Assembly (NCBI RefSeq): GCF_006345805.1
Contig: NC_043001.1
Location: forward strand, 106,578,001-106,642,000
Direction: 5' to 3'
DNA from: Octopus sinensis
Lineage: Eukaryota
Length of the DNA stretch: 64,000 nt
Part shown: positions 12,987-25,571 of the stretch, piece by piece
Numbering within the stretch: the first letter of the stretch is position 1
How the letters are laid out: each line of letters begins with the position of its first letter
The notes under the pieces: model-generated
Seen by the model: the letters and a program-made list of their open reading frames with translations, nothing else
Told to the model about the DNA's origin: nothing
Database searches by the model: none
Program-made: the position numbers and the translations under genes

Positions 12987-13141
12987 GGAGTGGCTGTGTG
13001 GTAAGTGCTTGCTTACCAGCCACATGGTTCTGGGTTCAGTCCCACTGCGTGGCACCTTGGGTGAGTGTCTTATACTAAAGCCTCGGGCTGACCAAAGCCT
13101 TGTGAGTGGATTCGGTAGACGGAAACTGAAAGAAGCCCGTC

Positions 13142-13186
<45 letters not shown>

Positions 13187-13416
13187 CATGTATGTATATG
13201 TTTGTGTGTCTATGTTTGCACCACCCCCACAACATCGCTTGACAACCGACACTGGTGTGTTTACGTCCCCGTCACTTAGCGGTCCGGCAAGAGAGACCGA
13301 TAGAATAAGTACCAGGCTTACAAAGAATAAGTCCTGGGGTCGATTTGCTCGACTGAAGGCGGTGCTCCAGCATGGCCGCAGTCAAATGACTGAAACAAAT
13401 AAAAGAACAAAAGAAT
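12987..13416 (+). mobile_element. SINE-2 (OR-like) full-length, with central (TA)n
   Basis: Head GGAGTGGCTGTGTGGTAAG..GGGTTCAGTCCC, CORE-like GGCACCTTGGG, central microsatellite, 3' CAGTCAAATGACTGAAAC and AAAAG tail. Confidence 0.92.
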
Positions 13417-13564
13417 AAGTACATGATGTAAAACATTCAGGAGCGACATAAGATGGGTCACCCTCGAGAGAACAAATACGTCACTGATAATTCTTCTTAT
13501 ATACGTTCCTTTAGTTCTTACAATTAAGCTGATAGTTAGGGCAGTTGTTAACGCTAAGCATCTC

Positions 13565-15330
13565 TATTTAGCAGCATCCTCCAAACAAGGAGGTGAATTA
13601 CGCGGAAAAACTGCACAAATTTGCCTAAAATTGAATAGTAAATCCTTATCGAAGTTGATCAAAGTTTTAGTTACAGGTTCTGCCACGTTGGCCTCCGTTA
13701 TTTTGAGCCATCGAACGGCTTTTGTTCTTTCATGTTTCCTGCCAAAGAAATTAATCCGCGCCATTTAAGCAGCTTCTACAGTGGTTCGATACCTTTGGCG
13801 GCCGTCTTCTCTTATTTGTTATTTCCCTTACGTTTATTGTTTTATCTCACTATTTCTTTGCTAAATGTAATCAATTCAACTACTGTGGTTTTCTTTGGAG
13901 ATTTCCACCATCATTCGTTGTCGGGAACTCACTCACTAATTCAGTTATTGTAACCTTTCCATATTGGAAACGTTATGTATAGCTTCCAGTAATCAGGCTT
14001 CGTGTGCTTTATCTTAGTTGTCAGTTCAGATCATAAATATGGAATCTGTGCAGTCAACCTGTCAAAACTGTGGTTATTCTATGCTAAAATGCACAAAACT
14101 CGTACCTAGATACGACGAAGATGTTTCTATACGTTTTCTTGAAATCTTCATGGGAAATACAGTCAAATCTTTCTGATCCTACAACTTCTTGGGAAAGATT
14201 GCGAAGCTTTTACCTTCATCTATTGGTTACTTCTGTTGGTTACTTCCACACAATCTGGATTTTACTCCTGTCTTTATCAAACTGATATTAGACTCTTCAT
14301 TAACTCGTACGAAGAATGTTTCTTTAGAAGAAGTCACTTAAGTTCACTTCTTGCAAGTTATACTCTAACAGTAATAAGCAGTGTATTAATGTTACCAAGA
14401 ATGAGTTTACACACCTGAATAAGGTTGACCAGCACCTCGGAGATAAATAGCGCTAACCTGAAATTATTACTTTCACTACTTTTCATTTCCAGGATCAACG
14501 AATCACTATCTGGGTCCAAGAAAACTATCCTTGCATCGAGATCCAAACACTATACCATCAGAGTCAATCGAGCGAAGAAGTAAATCTTATAGTTGATGAG
14601 TGCGTGTGCATGAAAAAATCAGGTCTCGTTGGTGGCTATTGCAAGGATACGTAATGACCTAAGATCTTTCAGCAAGTGGTCTAGCAGAGTGGTTAGCACG
14701 CAGGGCGAAATGCATAGCGGTATTTCGTCAGCCGCTATGTTCTGAGTTCAAATTCCGCCGAGGTCGACTTTGCCTTTCATCCTTTCGGGGTCGATAAATT
14801 AAGTATCAGTTACGCACTGGGGTTGATGTAATCGACTTAATCCGTTTGTCTGTCCTTGTTTGTCCTCTCTGTGTTTAGCTCCTTGTGGGTAGTAAAGAAA
14901 TAGGCATTTCGTCTGCCACTACGTTCTGAGTTCAAATTCAGCTGAGGTCGACTTTGCCTTTCATCCTTTTGGGGTCGATAAATTAAGTACCAGTTACGCA
15001 CTGGGGTCGATATAATCGACTTAATCCGTCTGTCTGTCCTTGTTTGTCCCCTTTGTGTTTAGCCCCTTGTGGGTAGTAAAGAAATAGGTATTTTGTCTGC
15101 CGCTACGTTCTGAGTTCAATTTCCGCCGAGGTCGACTTTGCCTTTCATCCTTTCGGGGTCGATTAAATAAGTACCAGTTACGCACTGGGATCGAGATAAT
15201 CGACAATCCGTTTGTCTGTCCTTGTTTGTCCTCTCTGTGTTTAGCCCCTTGTTGGTAGTAAAGAAATAGGTCTTGCTTCCGAATCGATTCAAGATTTCGA
15301 GCACCAATACATCATAATCTTAATGTGGCT
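13565..15330 (-). mobile_element. Tx1/L1-like LINE ORF2 relic (APE endonuclease to linker), split by a SINE-1 trimer
   Basis: CIGARNLESIRKQD (15274-15330) continues as HLLKDLRSLRILAIATNET (14677 downward), then DLDARIVFLDPDSDSLILEMKSSESNNFRL and ERTKAVRWLKITE..FRQICAVF. Confidence 0.75.
14683..15268 (+). mobile_element. SINE-1 type-A trimer
   Basis: Three units joined at AAAGAAATA|GG(C/T)ATTT (14903, 15087). Flanked by GGTCT at 14678-14682 and 15269-15273. Confidence 0.95.
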
Positions 15331-16492
15331 ATGTAGGGCAACTTACAACTAAAACAACTGGTTTTGCACAGGAATCCCAAATGTCTCCTCCAAAATTAAT
15401 TTTGCGTCATTTGTACGTAAAGACCCACGTCATTTCAGATACCTTATTTTAAGCATTTGCAGACTTGATAGAGTCCTCACCAGAATTTTATTGATGTCTG
15501 TTTGCGTAGAAGTTGACAAGGCTTTTCAAACTCAATTGGTTTTGCGCACTGGATTAAAACATAAATTAGACTTCGCGAACTGGATAGGGACAATTATTCC
15601 TATAAACCTTATTCATAATAGAAACCCAAATTAAGTGGGTAAAGCGATCAATGTGCATTATAACAACTTTATTAGGAGTGAGGTAAGAAAAAATATGGGC
15701 TACTAAAAAAATGTGTGACAGGACGATTCTGCAAAACTCATTGATATGGTATTATTGGATGTTGTTATACCTCGCTGGTCACAATGCGCTTTGCATTGTT
15801 TTAGTTTTCAAATGAAGCCAGCCTGCTGATTATGTGGGGTGTATTCCTCTTGAAGGGAATGGCAATCCGTTGCAGGGCCATCTATTTACAGTCCGGCAGG
15901 CTGAGCCATCGTTGGACTTAAATTCTCTTCCCTCCGATAAAATAAGCGATTCTGAGACGTTTCACTAAAGTTGTAAGTCGAGAATCTTCCATAGACTTTG
16001 ATGCGTGTGACCAGAATCTTTAATTTGACTCCAATCTCCAATCAGTTTTCCGGAATGGTACACTTGACATTAATAACTCCTTCTACACCCACCACCACCG
16101 CAAATAACGTCTAAAAACAAATTTCAGGCGATACACATTTTACTACAATCTTTACCACATGTCGTTTCATGTGGTGGAGCCTTAAGGTAAATTTTACAGT
16201 CTTACAACGAATCAGAAACTTGTTTCTTCTCATGCATTTTTATTCGAATTCTATCTCAATTGCCCCCCCCCCCCCGAAAAAAAATGGGGTGGAATGGTGT
16301 AATCTTGTGTTGTGTAATCTATGTAAAGTCATAAATATTTTAGACATTCTTCTGCTCGAGCAGAAGCAGAATTCCTTGCCCGCCATGTTTCTTGGTTCAT
16401 GCAACGGCACATAATTATCATTTTTTCCTCCTTTTTTTTTCTTTTGCGGCCCAGATGACTGCAGACTCAATGATTGTCGATAACAATCGTGG

Positions 16493-17053
16493 CACTCCGT
16501 CGGTTACATGCGTAGCCGTATTTCGTCTGCCGTTACGTTCTGAGTTTAAATCCCGCCGAGGTCGACTTTGTCTTTCATCCTTTCGGGGTCGATAAATTAA
16601 GTACCAGTTATGCATTGGGGTCGATATAATCGACTTAATCAGTTTGTCTGTCCTTGTTTGTCCTCTCTGTGTTCAGCCCCTTGTGGGTGGTAAAGAAATA
16701 GGTTACAGCGACATGGGTTCCAGTTGATCCGATCAATGAAACAGCTTGCTCGTAAAATTAACGTACAAATAGCTGAGCACTCCACAGACAAGTGTACCCT
16801 TAACGTAGTTCTTGGGGGAGATTCAGAGAGACACAGAGTGTGACAAGGCTGGCATTTTGAAATACAGGTACAACAGAAACAAGAAGAAAGAGTGAGAGAC
16901 AGTTGTGGTGAAAGAGTACAACAAGGTTCGCTACCCAACCCCCTGGAGCTTTAGGTGTTTTCGCTCAATAAACACAACGCCCGGTTTGGGAATCGAAACC
17001 GCGATCCTACGACCGCGAGTCCGTTGCCCTAACCACTGGGCCATTGCACCTCC
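16493..17053 (-). mobile_element. SINE-3 head + module-X tail chimera, interrupted by SINE-1
   Basis: Head GGAGGTGCAATGGCCCAGTGGTTAGGG..GGTTTCGATTCC. Module X resumes on both sides of the SINE-1 insert. Confidence 0.85.
16509..16700 (+). mobile_element. SINE-1 type-A, 5'-truncated, TSD GGTTACA
   Basis: GGTTACA at 16502-16508 and 16701-16707. Confidence 0.92.
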
Positions 17054-17546
17054 ACGTTGATAACAATAAGAAAGTGTAGAAAAGTGAGAGATGCCGATGC
17101 TGATGATGATGATGATGATGATGACTATATAGTTATTGAATGTACACTATTTCTTTGCGTGTGACGATAACAAGTGGGAATCTATCAGCCATCAATCGAA
17201 CTATTCGTGGCCATTTTTGAGTCGGCGAAACTAAAATACCGAATAATTTATTTACATAATTTAAAACCTAATTCTTTTCAGTATTTTCTGATGTTGTTGT
17301 CGTTGTTGTTGTTACTCCTAGTTCTTTTATTATTATTTTTTTTGTGAAGTTTTTTCATTCTTTTGTTTGTTTGTCTTTTTGTTTCTTTTCCTTTTTTTTT
17401 TTTCATAATGTTTGTCCCATTTATTTCGTGTAGAGAGAAATACTTATTGACCAGTTTGACGATTATGGCAACTGGGCCTCTACCATCTCCTTCTGTAACC
17501 ATGGCAATTTCCAGTTCTTCTCTTTTCAATATCATATAAAGGAAAT

Positions 17547-18392
17547 GTGATGATGATCATCATGATCATGATCATGATGATTGTAGTGGTGGTGGTAGTG
17601 GTGCAAGCGGTGGCGGCAGTGGTAGTGGCATCGATGATAGTGGTGGCGGTGGCGGTGTTGATTGCGATGATGATGGTAGTTGTAATGGTGGTGATGATGG
17701 TGGAGTTGGTGGTGGCAATGATGACGATGACGGTGGTGGTGCTGGTGGTGATGATGATGATGATGATGATGGTGGTAGTGGTGGTGATGGTGGTGGTTGT
17801 GGTGGCGGCGGCGGTGCTGGTGGTGCTGGTGGTGCTGGTGGTGATGATTGCGATGATGATGGTGATGGTGACGATGATTGTGGTAGCGGCGGCGACGGCG
17901 GCGACGGCGGCGACGGCGGCGGTGGTGGAGACGATGCAGATGACAACGGCAGCGAGCGAGGGAGTAAGGAAAGAAGAAGAAGAGAAGAAGAAGAAGAAGA
18001 AGAAGAAGGAAAATAAGATGAAGAGGAGGAGGAGCAGGAGCAGGAGCAGGAGGAAGAGCAGGAGGAGGAAGAGCAGGAGGAGTATCAAGGATGATGTAGG
18101 AGTTGATATATTAACAAAATGCCGATAAAAAGCTTCTTTCTTTTCTGCTCGTTCTTCTGCCAAAATTTAGTGAATGCAATTTGGCAAAATATGTATCATC
18201 ATGAATATTATTAGCATCGTAATTTGCAAGGCATCATTATTCATTATTATCGTCGTCATCGTCTTCGTTGTCGTCGTCGTCGTCACCACCACCATCATCG
18301 TCGTCGTCGTCGTCGTTGTCATTGTCATCAACATTATTATGATTATAATAATAATAATAATAATAATGATGATGATGATGATGATGATGATA

Positions 18393-18423
<31 letters not shown>

Positions 18424-19474
18424 TTATTTTTATTGTTATTATTATTATTATTATCATCATCATCATCATCATCTTCATCACTATCATCAGTATTAGTATT
18501 ATTATTATTTTATCGTCATCTTCATTATCACCATCACCTTTATCATCATCCTCATCATCATCACCATCATCACCATCATCATCATCACCATCATCATCAC
18601 CATCACCATCATTATCATCATCATCATCATCATCAACACCTTCATCATTATCATCGCCGTCGTCGTCATCGTCATCATCATCATCGTCATCATCATCATC
18701 ACCTTCATCATCACCATCATCATCACCATCACCATCATTATCATCCTCATCATCATCATCATCGTTTTCATTATTATTATTATTATTTATCGTCACCAGC
18801 AGCGTTTCCTCTCCTCACCACCGTCAGTGTTTTCAACTGTTATTATTCTTGTTGCTGTTATTGCTGTTGTGGTCTTCAACCGCACCTACCTCAGTCATCG
18901 TCGTCGTCATTATCGTCAGCTGCAGCAACAACACCGTCATCATCAGTGGCAACAACAACTGCAGCAGCAGCAGCAGCAGCAGCAGCAGCACAAGCCGTAG
19001 CATGGTCGCTAACATCGCAATAATCCTCATCCTTATAGCATTCACTACCAGCAGCAAGATTATCAACATTCCCACCAACTCCATTGTCATCATCATCCTC
19101 ATTATCATCATCATCATTTCAATCACCATCATCATCATCATCATCATCATCATAATTTTCATAATTTTGATGTTGGTTAATATGGCCATCTCTTCCACCA
19201 TCAACGCCATCGTTATCCTCATCATCATCATCATCATCAACATCCTCCTTATCGCCGTAATGATAATTATCTTTCGTGTACATTATTATGACCACATTAC
19301 AACAGCCTCCATCATCATCATCATCGTCGTCGTCGTCGTCGTCATCTTTATTATATTTATTATATTGTCGCCGTCCTCACCAGCAGCAGCAGCAGCATCG
19401 CCATCTTTACCATCATCATTATCGTGTTCATCGTCATCATTAACATCATCATCAACATCATCATCATCATTATT

Positions 19475-19505
<31 letters not shown>

Positions 19506-19580
19506 ACAATAACTTCATTATATCGTCATCACCAGCAGCAACGGTATCTTAACCATCATCACTTTCATCTTCATCATGAA

Positions 19581-19618
<38 letters not shown>

Positions 19619-19830
19619 ACATCACCAAGACCATCATTAATGTAATCATCATCATCATTATCATCATCTTTTCCATCATCATCACCATCAGCATCATCAT
19701 CATCATCATCATCAACATCAATATCACCAAAACCATCATTAACGTTATCACCATCATCATTATCATCATAGTTTCGATCATCATAATCAGCATCACCATC
19801 AGCATTACCATCATCATCATCATTATAACC
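17547..19830. repeat. About 2.3-kb compound trinucleotide low-complexity tract
   Basis: Plus strand has (GAT/GGT/GGC)n then (GAA/GAG)n at 17547-18090, then (CAT/CGT/ATT/CAG)n at 18200-19830. An internal diverged tandem repeat of about 100 bp lies near 19610-19810. Confidence 0.95.
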
Positions 19831-20947
19831 ATACTAACGTCTATCCTACTCGCTACTTATGACCATCAATGCTTACACCCGAGCCGCCATTACACCACAC
19901 TACTTACCGCAATCAAACAGTGAATAAATTTCAAAGTATATACAGCTAATAACTATTTTTCTGTGTCAATTCCGACCGAAATTTTTTCCCTTTGATTTCG
20001 TTCACTCTCTCCACTCGTTATCTTCCCTTATCGATTTATCCCGCAACAACTGCTGAAATACAAATTATAAAATATCAATTATATGCCTTAAAAATGCTAC
20101 AATATCGATTATCCACTTTGTTGAGTTCAGATACGTTTCGGGCTTTAGCAAAATATGTTTCGATTAGACATTTCTGCATACTTGTTAGTACATAGAATTA
20201 GCCAGCTATCTGGGAAATATAGCAAAAATCTATTTGTGCAAGGTGTATCATTTACCATGTCGTATATGATTATCATTATGATTACAAGCAATTCTATACG
20301 ATAGAGAAAAGGGGAAAAGAAATACTCCAGCTTCTCAAATGTATAATTAGAAGAATGGCTTGCCGTTACTTTTTCCATTTTTCTCTCTTCCATACCTGCA
20401 GACTCAAATTTCTTATACCCTTCTCACTCTCTCTCACTCTCTCTCTCTCTCTCTCTCTCTCTTATCTATCTATCTATCTATCTATCTCTATCTATCTCTA
20501 TCTAGCTCTCTAGCTCTCTCTCTCTCTCTCTCTCTCTTAGGTACTCACACATGTGCTCAGACAAATATATCATTATCTCTCCTCCTTCTTTCTATCTCTC
20601 CCTCTCTCTCACAAACACACCTACAAACACATAAACGCACATACACAAGCTTTCTCTCTCCCCCATTCTCTCTCTCTCATTTGCTTTCCTTCCCGTTCTC
20701 TGAAGATATTAAATGCATATTTTTGTTTTACATTTCTCCTCAAAATCAATTTCCGCCGCTGTGGTCGTTGTTGCTGTTGTTGTTGTCTTACTACAATGCA
20801 GTTTGATAAATGGCTTGATAGACTGATAAAAGTGATACAGATTAAATAGATTTATACTAAGTGAATATGAACACATTGGAGATAATCGCGCATGGCACTG
20901 ACAAAAGCATTCTAATACAAGCACAAGGCCTGAGATTCTGAAGAAGC

Positions 20948-21030
20948 ATGGCTTAATGCCGCGGTTCCCAACTTGGGGTCCGCCGACCCTTGGAGATCCG
21001 CAAAGGTAGTAATGGAGGTCAGTGAACTAA
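20948..21030 (+). mobile_element. Possible hAT-type MITE terminal fragment
   Basis: GCGGTTCCCAACTTGGGGTCCGCCGACCC resembles the CAG(C/T)GGTTCCCAA hAT terminus. The other end was not found. Confidence 0.35.
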
Positions 21031-21044
21031 ATTCAAAATTTCAT

Positions 21045-21117
<73 letters not shown>

Positions 21118-21244
21118 TGTCGTGATTGATAATAAATTCTAAATATATTCCATCTTTCGTCTTTCATTTGCCATATATATGTATGTATGTATATACATAT
21201 AATAAATCTCTGAGCGCGGTATTAACAATAGCTGCACACACGAC

Positions 21245-21770
21245 ATCGTGAAATATATTTTCACCTAAATGTGGCTAACCCTTAAGGGTCGATGTTACTG
21301 TAGCTTGTAGCACCAGGGTGACATCTCCTCCATCTGGATATTCACACATTTTTTGTACACTATCAGTATTTGCCAAGGGAAGTCATCATTCCCATCTCCA
21401 GCCTGACGTGATACACACGGACCCGGATTTCTGGATATTGACCCGTCATCAGCGTGTGACAACCACCAGCTGGCAATGTGAAGTGGTTCCTAATGCAAAT
21501 ACATATACTTTTTCCGAAAAAGATCTCGAAAAAGTGGAAACAAGCAATAATAATTCTCTCAGCTGATGTCGGGTCAATACTCAGAAACTCGGGTGCGTGT
21601 GTATCACGTCAGGCTGGAGATGAGAACGATAACTTCCCTTTGAAAATACTGATAGGGCACAAAATGTGTGTCAATAGCCAGCTGGAGTAGATGTCTTCCA
21701 GGGGCTATAAGCTACAGTAGCATCAACTCTAAGGGTTAGCCACATTTAGGTAGCAAATATATTTCGCGAT
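21245..21770. mobile_element. Fold-back element / MITE 1 (about 209-bp inverted arms, 108-bp spacer)
   Basis: 21245-21453 is the imperfect reverse complement of 21562-21770, e.g. ACCTAAATGTGGCTAACCCTT / AAGGGTTAGCCACATTTAGGT. Confidence 0.9.
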
Positions 21771-21786
21771 ATATATATATATATTC

Positions 21787-22102
21787 GTCCTGGTTTAGGA
21801 CGAATGTTGCTGTAATTTAGCCCCAGGAGACATCGTCTCCAGCTGGCTATACGACACGATCTGTGTCCTTATATTTTCGAACAAGGGAATCTAGCACCCC
21901 CACTCAGCTCAAAACAATATCTGTGTAGCGCAATTTCTGGGTTATTTCTCTACACCAGTGATACACATATATTGTTTTGAGCTGAGTGGGGGTGCTGGAT
22001 TCCCTTCTTCGAAAATATAAGAACACAGATTGTGTTGTATAGCCAGCTGGAGACCATGTCTCCTGAGGTTAAATTACAGCAACATTAGTCCTAAACTAGG
22101 AC
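21787..22102. mobile_element. Fold-back element / MITE 2 (about 141-bp inverted arms, 34-bp spacer)
   Basis: 21787-21927 is the reverse complement of 21962-22102. Termini are GTCCTGGTTTAGGAC / GTCCTAAACTAGGAC. Confidence 0.92.
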
Positions 22103-22387
22103 TGTCATGTTATGTAAGCAAACAATCTTTACTACAAAGTATTGTTGCTGAATATCTCACGTTGTGAGATTTAAAAATAGTAATTTTCAGGCTTGGTGTG
22201 TTTGTCAATCTAGTCACCGGTGGGCTGACCATGAGACAGGCTGTACTGGGTTACCTTACCAGTAGCACTAAGAGGGACCTGACATAACACACATGCATAG
22301 CACACAGATCGACATACATTGACTGTAACCTCTAAAGGAGTGAATGGTTGAACTCTTGAGCATTATAATAAATTTGCTATTAATGTT

Positions 22388-22760
22388 TGTATCTTTATTG
22401 CCCACAAGGGGAGCACATAGACGGGACAACACAAGACATGTGGGACATATAACAATGAAAGAAATAAAATATGATAATATGAATGACAATGAAAGATGAG
22501 GAAATGAAAATGGAGCCACTGGTCCCACTTACGGGCAGCCCCATTTTCTACTTCCTAAAACCTGAACCCTCTAGCATATGCAAACCCGTTTCCTCCAATA
22601 ACCTGTCATAAGTCGTGTAATTTTGTAATAAATCCCAGTCAAAGTCCAATTCCCAATAACAGTAACCGTGTTCAAACGTATACATTATCTCTTCTTGTTC
22701 CCTTGTTGGGAGCACGCACCTGTGCCACTCCCTAATCTAGTAGTTCCTGCTCCCTTTACC
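22388..22760 (-). mobile_element. Candidate L1/Tx1-like LINE 3' end (ORF2 C-terminus + 3' UTR + AATAAA)
   Basis: The minus frame ends LGFITKLHDL*QVIGG...ARKWDQWLHF, like the W..W end of L1-clade ORF2 (recalled, weak). It is followed by a T-rich UTR ending CCCCTTGTGGGCAATAAAGATACA. Confidence 0.5.
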
Positions 22761-23515
22761 TCATCCCATAAAACTCATCAATCAATTCCTTATTGGATCC
22801 ATATAGCATGAAAGCTTTGTACTTCTTTTTCTTCTTTTTTTTACTTGGGGGGGGGGGAGATTGAAATACTTTGTGTGTGTTTGCTTTCTTTTTATGTTTT
22901 TGTGTCGGATAGGAATGGGTTGGCTTGGTGTCTGCTGGGGGAGGGTGGGTCCAACTCATAAGACGGCCTTCTATGTACCCCCTCTTAACCATAAGCTTAG
23001 AAATCGATTACGTGAGCAATAACAAAATTCTTCTAATAAATTTGTTTTGACTCAGAACAAGTTAAGTTTGAACCAGAAAAAAAAGCCGCAAAAGTTGTGC
23101 ATATTGGTGGTAAGTGGATCAATATTGTGAACAACCGAATAACCATAAAGTAAGCCGTTACATGGACAATAATTTTGCCAATTTGATACTAAATAAATAA
23201 ATTAAAGATTATCTCTGGCTTGTCTGCACAGATCCAGTCTGAACAGAGTAGCAGAAGCAACAAGAATCGCGATGCAGGAACAGGACATCACCGATCAATA
23301 TATATATTGAATTTAAAAATGGGCAGAAGGCTTCAAATTTGGATGCTATGGTATGATTGATTCGATTGACTCCAGTACTTGACCCCGGGAGAATGAAAGA
23401 TACAAATGACCTCAGTGCAATTTAAACTTAAAACTTAATTTAACCGCAATAGAGTAATACAAATCATTAAATATGAAGTCCTAACGATTATCAATACAAC
23501 TCCCCGACTCCAATA

Positions 23516-23554
<39 letters not shown>

Positions 23555-25208
23555 CAATGAAATGGCTACAACTTCTACACAAAAAGATGAGCAATATTGC
23601 CTGTGGGGAGTATTTGCTGAGACAGTAGACCACATTGTATGAGAATGCTTATTATCTCCGGATATATTTTTGGTACATTTCCCATATAATTGTCTAATTC
23701 TATATACTAACAAGTACACAGATATGTTTGATCGAAACATATTTTACTAAACCCAAAACGTACCCGAACTCGAACAATGTAGACGATCGATATTGTAGTA
23801 TTTTCAAGGCATATAATTGATATTTTATAATCTGTATAGAACTCTATAAAGTTACAGATACATACTTGATGTTTAGATAACTTGGAAATCCAAAAGAATC
23901 TTCGAGCTTATTCATTCTACTTGAATTCGCTCCATTATTAAATTTTAAACATCAATATCATGAAAAGCGCTGGTATCATAGGGAACAAAACATAAAACTA
24001 AGCTCGGTTTCATGTTCCTTTTAATTATTCAATTATAATTACGGTGAAAGGCAACGGATGAGTAAATCGATAAGCTAATGGTCAACGAGCCGAGAAATCG
24101 ATGGTGTGTATCGTAAGACCAGCACTGCGTTGTGATCGTGGTCAATATATACAGTTTTCAAGAAATGATAAAAATATATGAACGTATATTTTTGATAAGA
24201 GTGTGTATTAAACTTCCAGCATTTTTTAAAATATTTCCAGGCTGATGCATGTGAATTATTTAAAGACGGTTGATTGGTAAAACCCTCAAAGTGTGAGATA
24301 TAATTTGGTCAAGGTCTGTTACGTTTGAGTGCATATCTCATCCAGGACGACCTCACTTTTCGTTCTTTCGGTGGTCGAGAATTTTATACAAGCACGAAAT
24401 GAATGGTACTGTTTGAGCAATATTAATGACAATTTTCTTATAATGCTTAATAGCTTAATCCCTTTTATCCTTTCGATAAATCGATAAATGTCAGGTTAGT
24501 GTAGTTTGTATGTATATGTTACGTTAGGTCATTCTTAGTGTTATTGGTAAGGTAACCCAGTATAGCCTATCGCGTTGTCAGGCCGTCGGTGGCTAAACTA
24601 GCAACCCTGCCAAGACGGTTTGGTAAGGAGGATGGTTTTCGTTGGACGACCTGCAGGATGAAAAACAAAACCTGTCGAGTAGAGTTTCCAATATGATCGA
24701 CTGTTTAGCTACCACAAAATGCAGAGCTTGTGTTGATGTTACAAATTAATACAATTTGCATTCAAAGGGGCCAAACCCACTAGCTTTAGTTAGATAACCC
24801 ATAGCAGATAACCCCACCACAAAACTAGCTGAGTATAAATTTGAAAAGCAATTGTTTACAATGTCCTGCTTAAGATTCACTTTGAAAACAACTAATTATG
24901 TTTTAGCTTCCTTTCAACGCTTGAAAAACACAAAAATCACCTCCTTTCACGAGCGGTCGTTGTTGATGTTGCTGTTGTTATTGCTGATATTTAACATTTG
25001 GCCAATAGAGTGAACCTATGATCAAATTAGTTCCTGTCGTAAATATCTCGTCTTTTCGTACATGAGGGATTAGATTGTTCGATGTATCGTTTTATATTTC
25101 AGATGATAAGGTGTGATTTTATGGAGATATGGTCGCAATTTCTAGCAGCCCGAGCGACCACATATAGACTCACCGAGTTGGCTTTTCCTTCATTGGTGGA
25201 CTCGGCTT

Positions 25209-25400
25209 AGGACAGCTACGTTCATTGGTTAAGAAGTTCGCTTCGCAACCACGTGGTTTTGATTTCAGTCCCACTGCACGGAATCTTCGGTGAGTTTTCT
25301 ACTCCTGCCACTAGGCCAAACAGCATCTTATTAGTGAATTTGGAATACGGAAACTGTGTAGAAGCTCGTTGCGTATGTATGTGTGTGTGTGTGTATGTGT
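25209..25400 (+). mobile_element. SINE-2 decayed 5' half (others: 5690-5840, 9778-9870, 33245-33372 minus, 55770-55985 3' half)
   Basis: Degenerate AACCACGTGGTTTTGATTTCAGTCCCACTGCACGG..GGAAACTG..GAAGCTCGT followed by (TG)n. Confidence 0.7.
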
Positions 25401-25490
25401 GTGTTTCTCTGAGCGTCTCATTAATACTTTGCATGTACCACGTCCTCGCGTTGTTGTTTTTTCTTGTGTATTTTTCTCCGTTTTTTAAGT

Positions 25491-25571
<81 letters not shown>

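Noticed and set aside
18174-19640. 488-aa ORF and overlapping Asp-rich, Pro-rich and Val-rich ORFs (17480-19923)
   Set aside because: These are pure trinucleotide-repeat translations, open on both strands, with no domain or splice context. An Aspein-like acidic protein is not supported.
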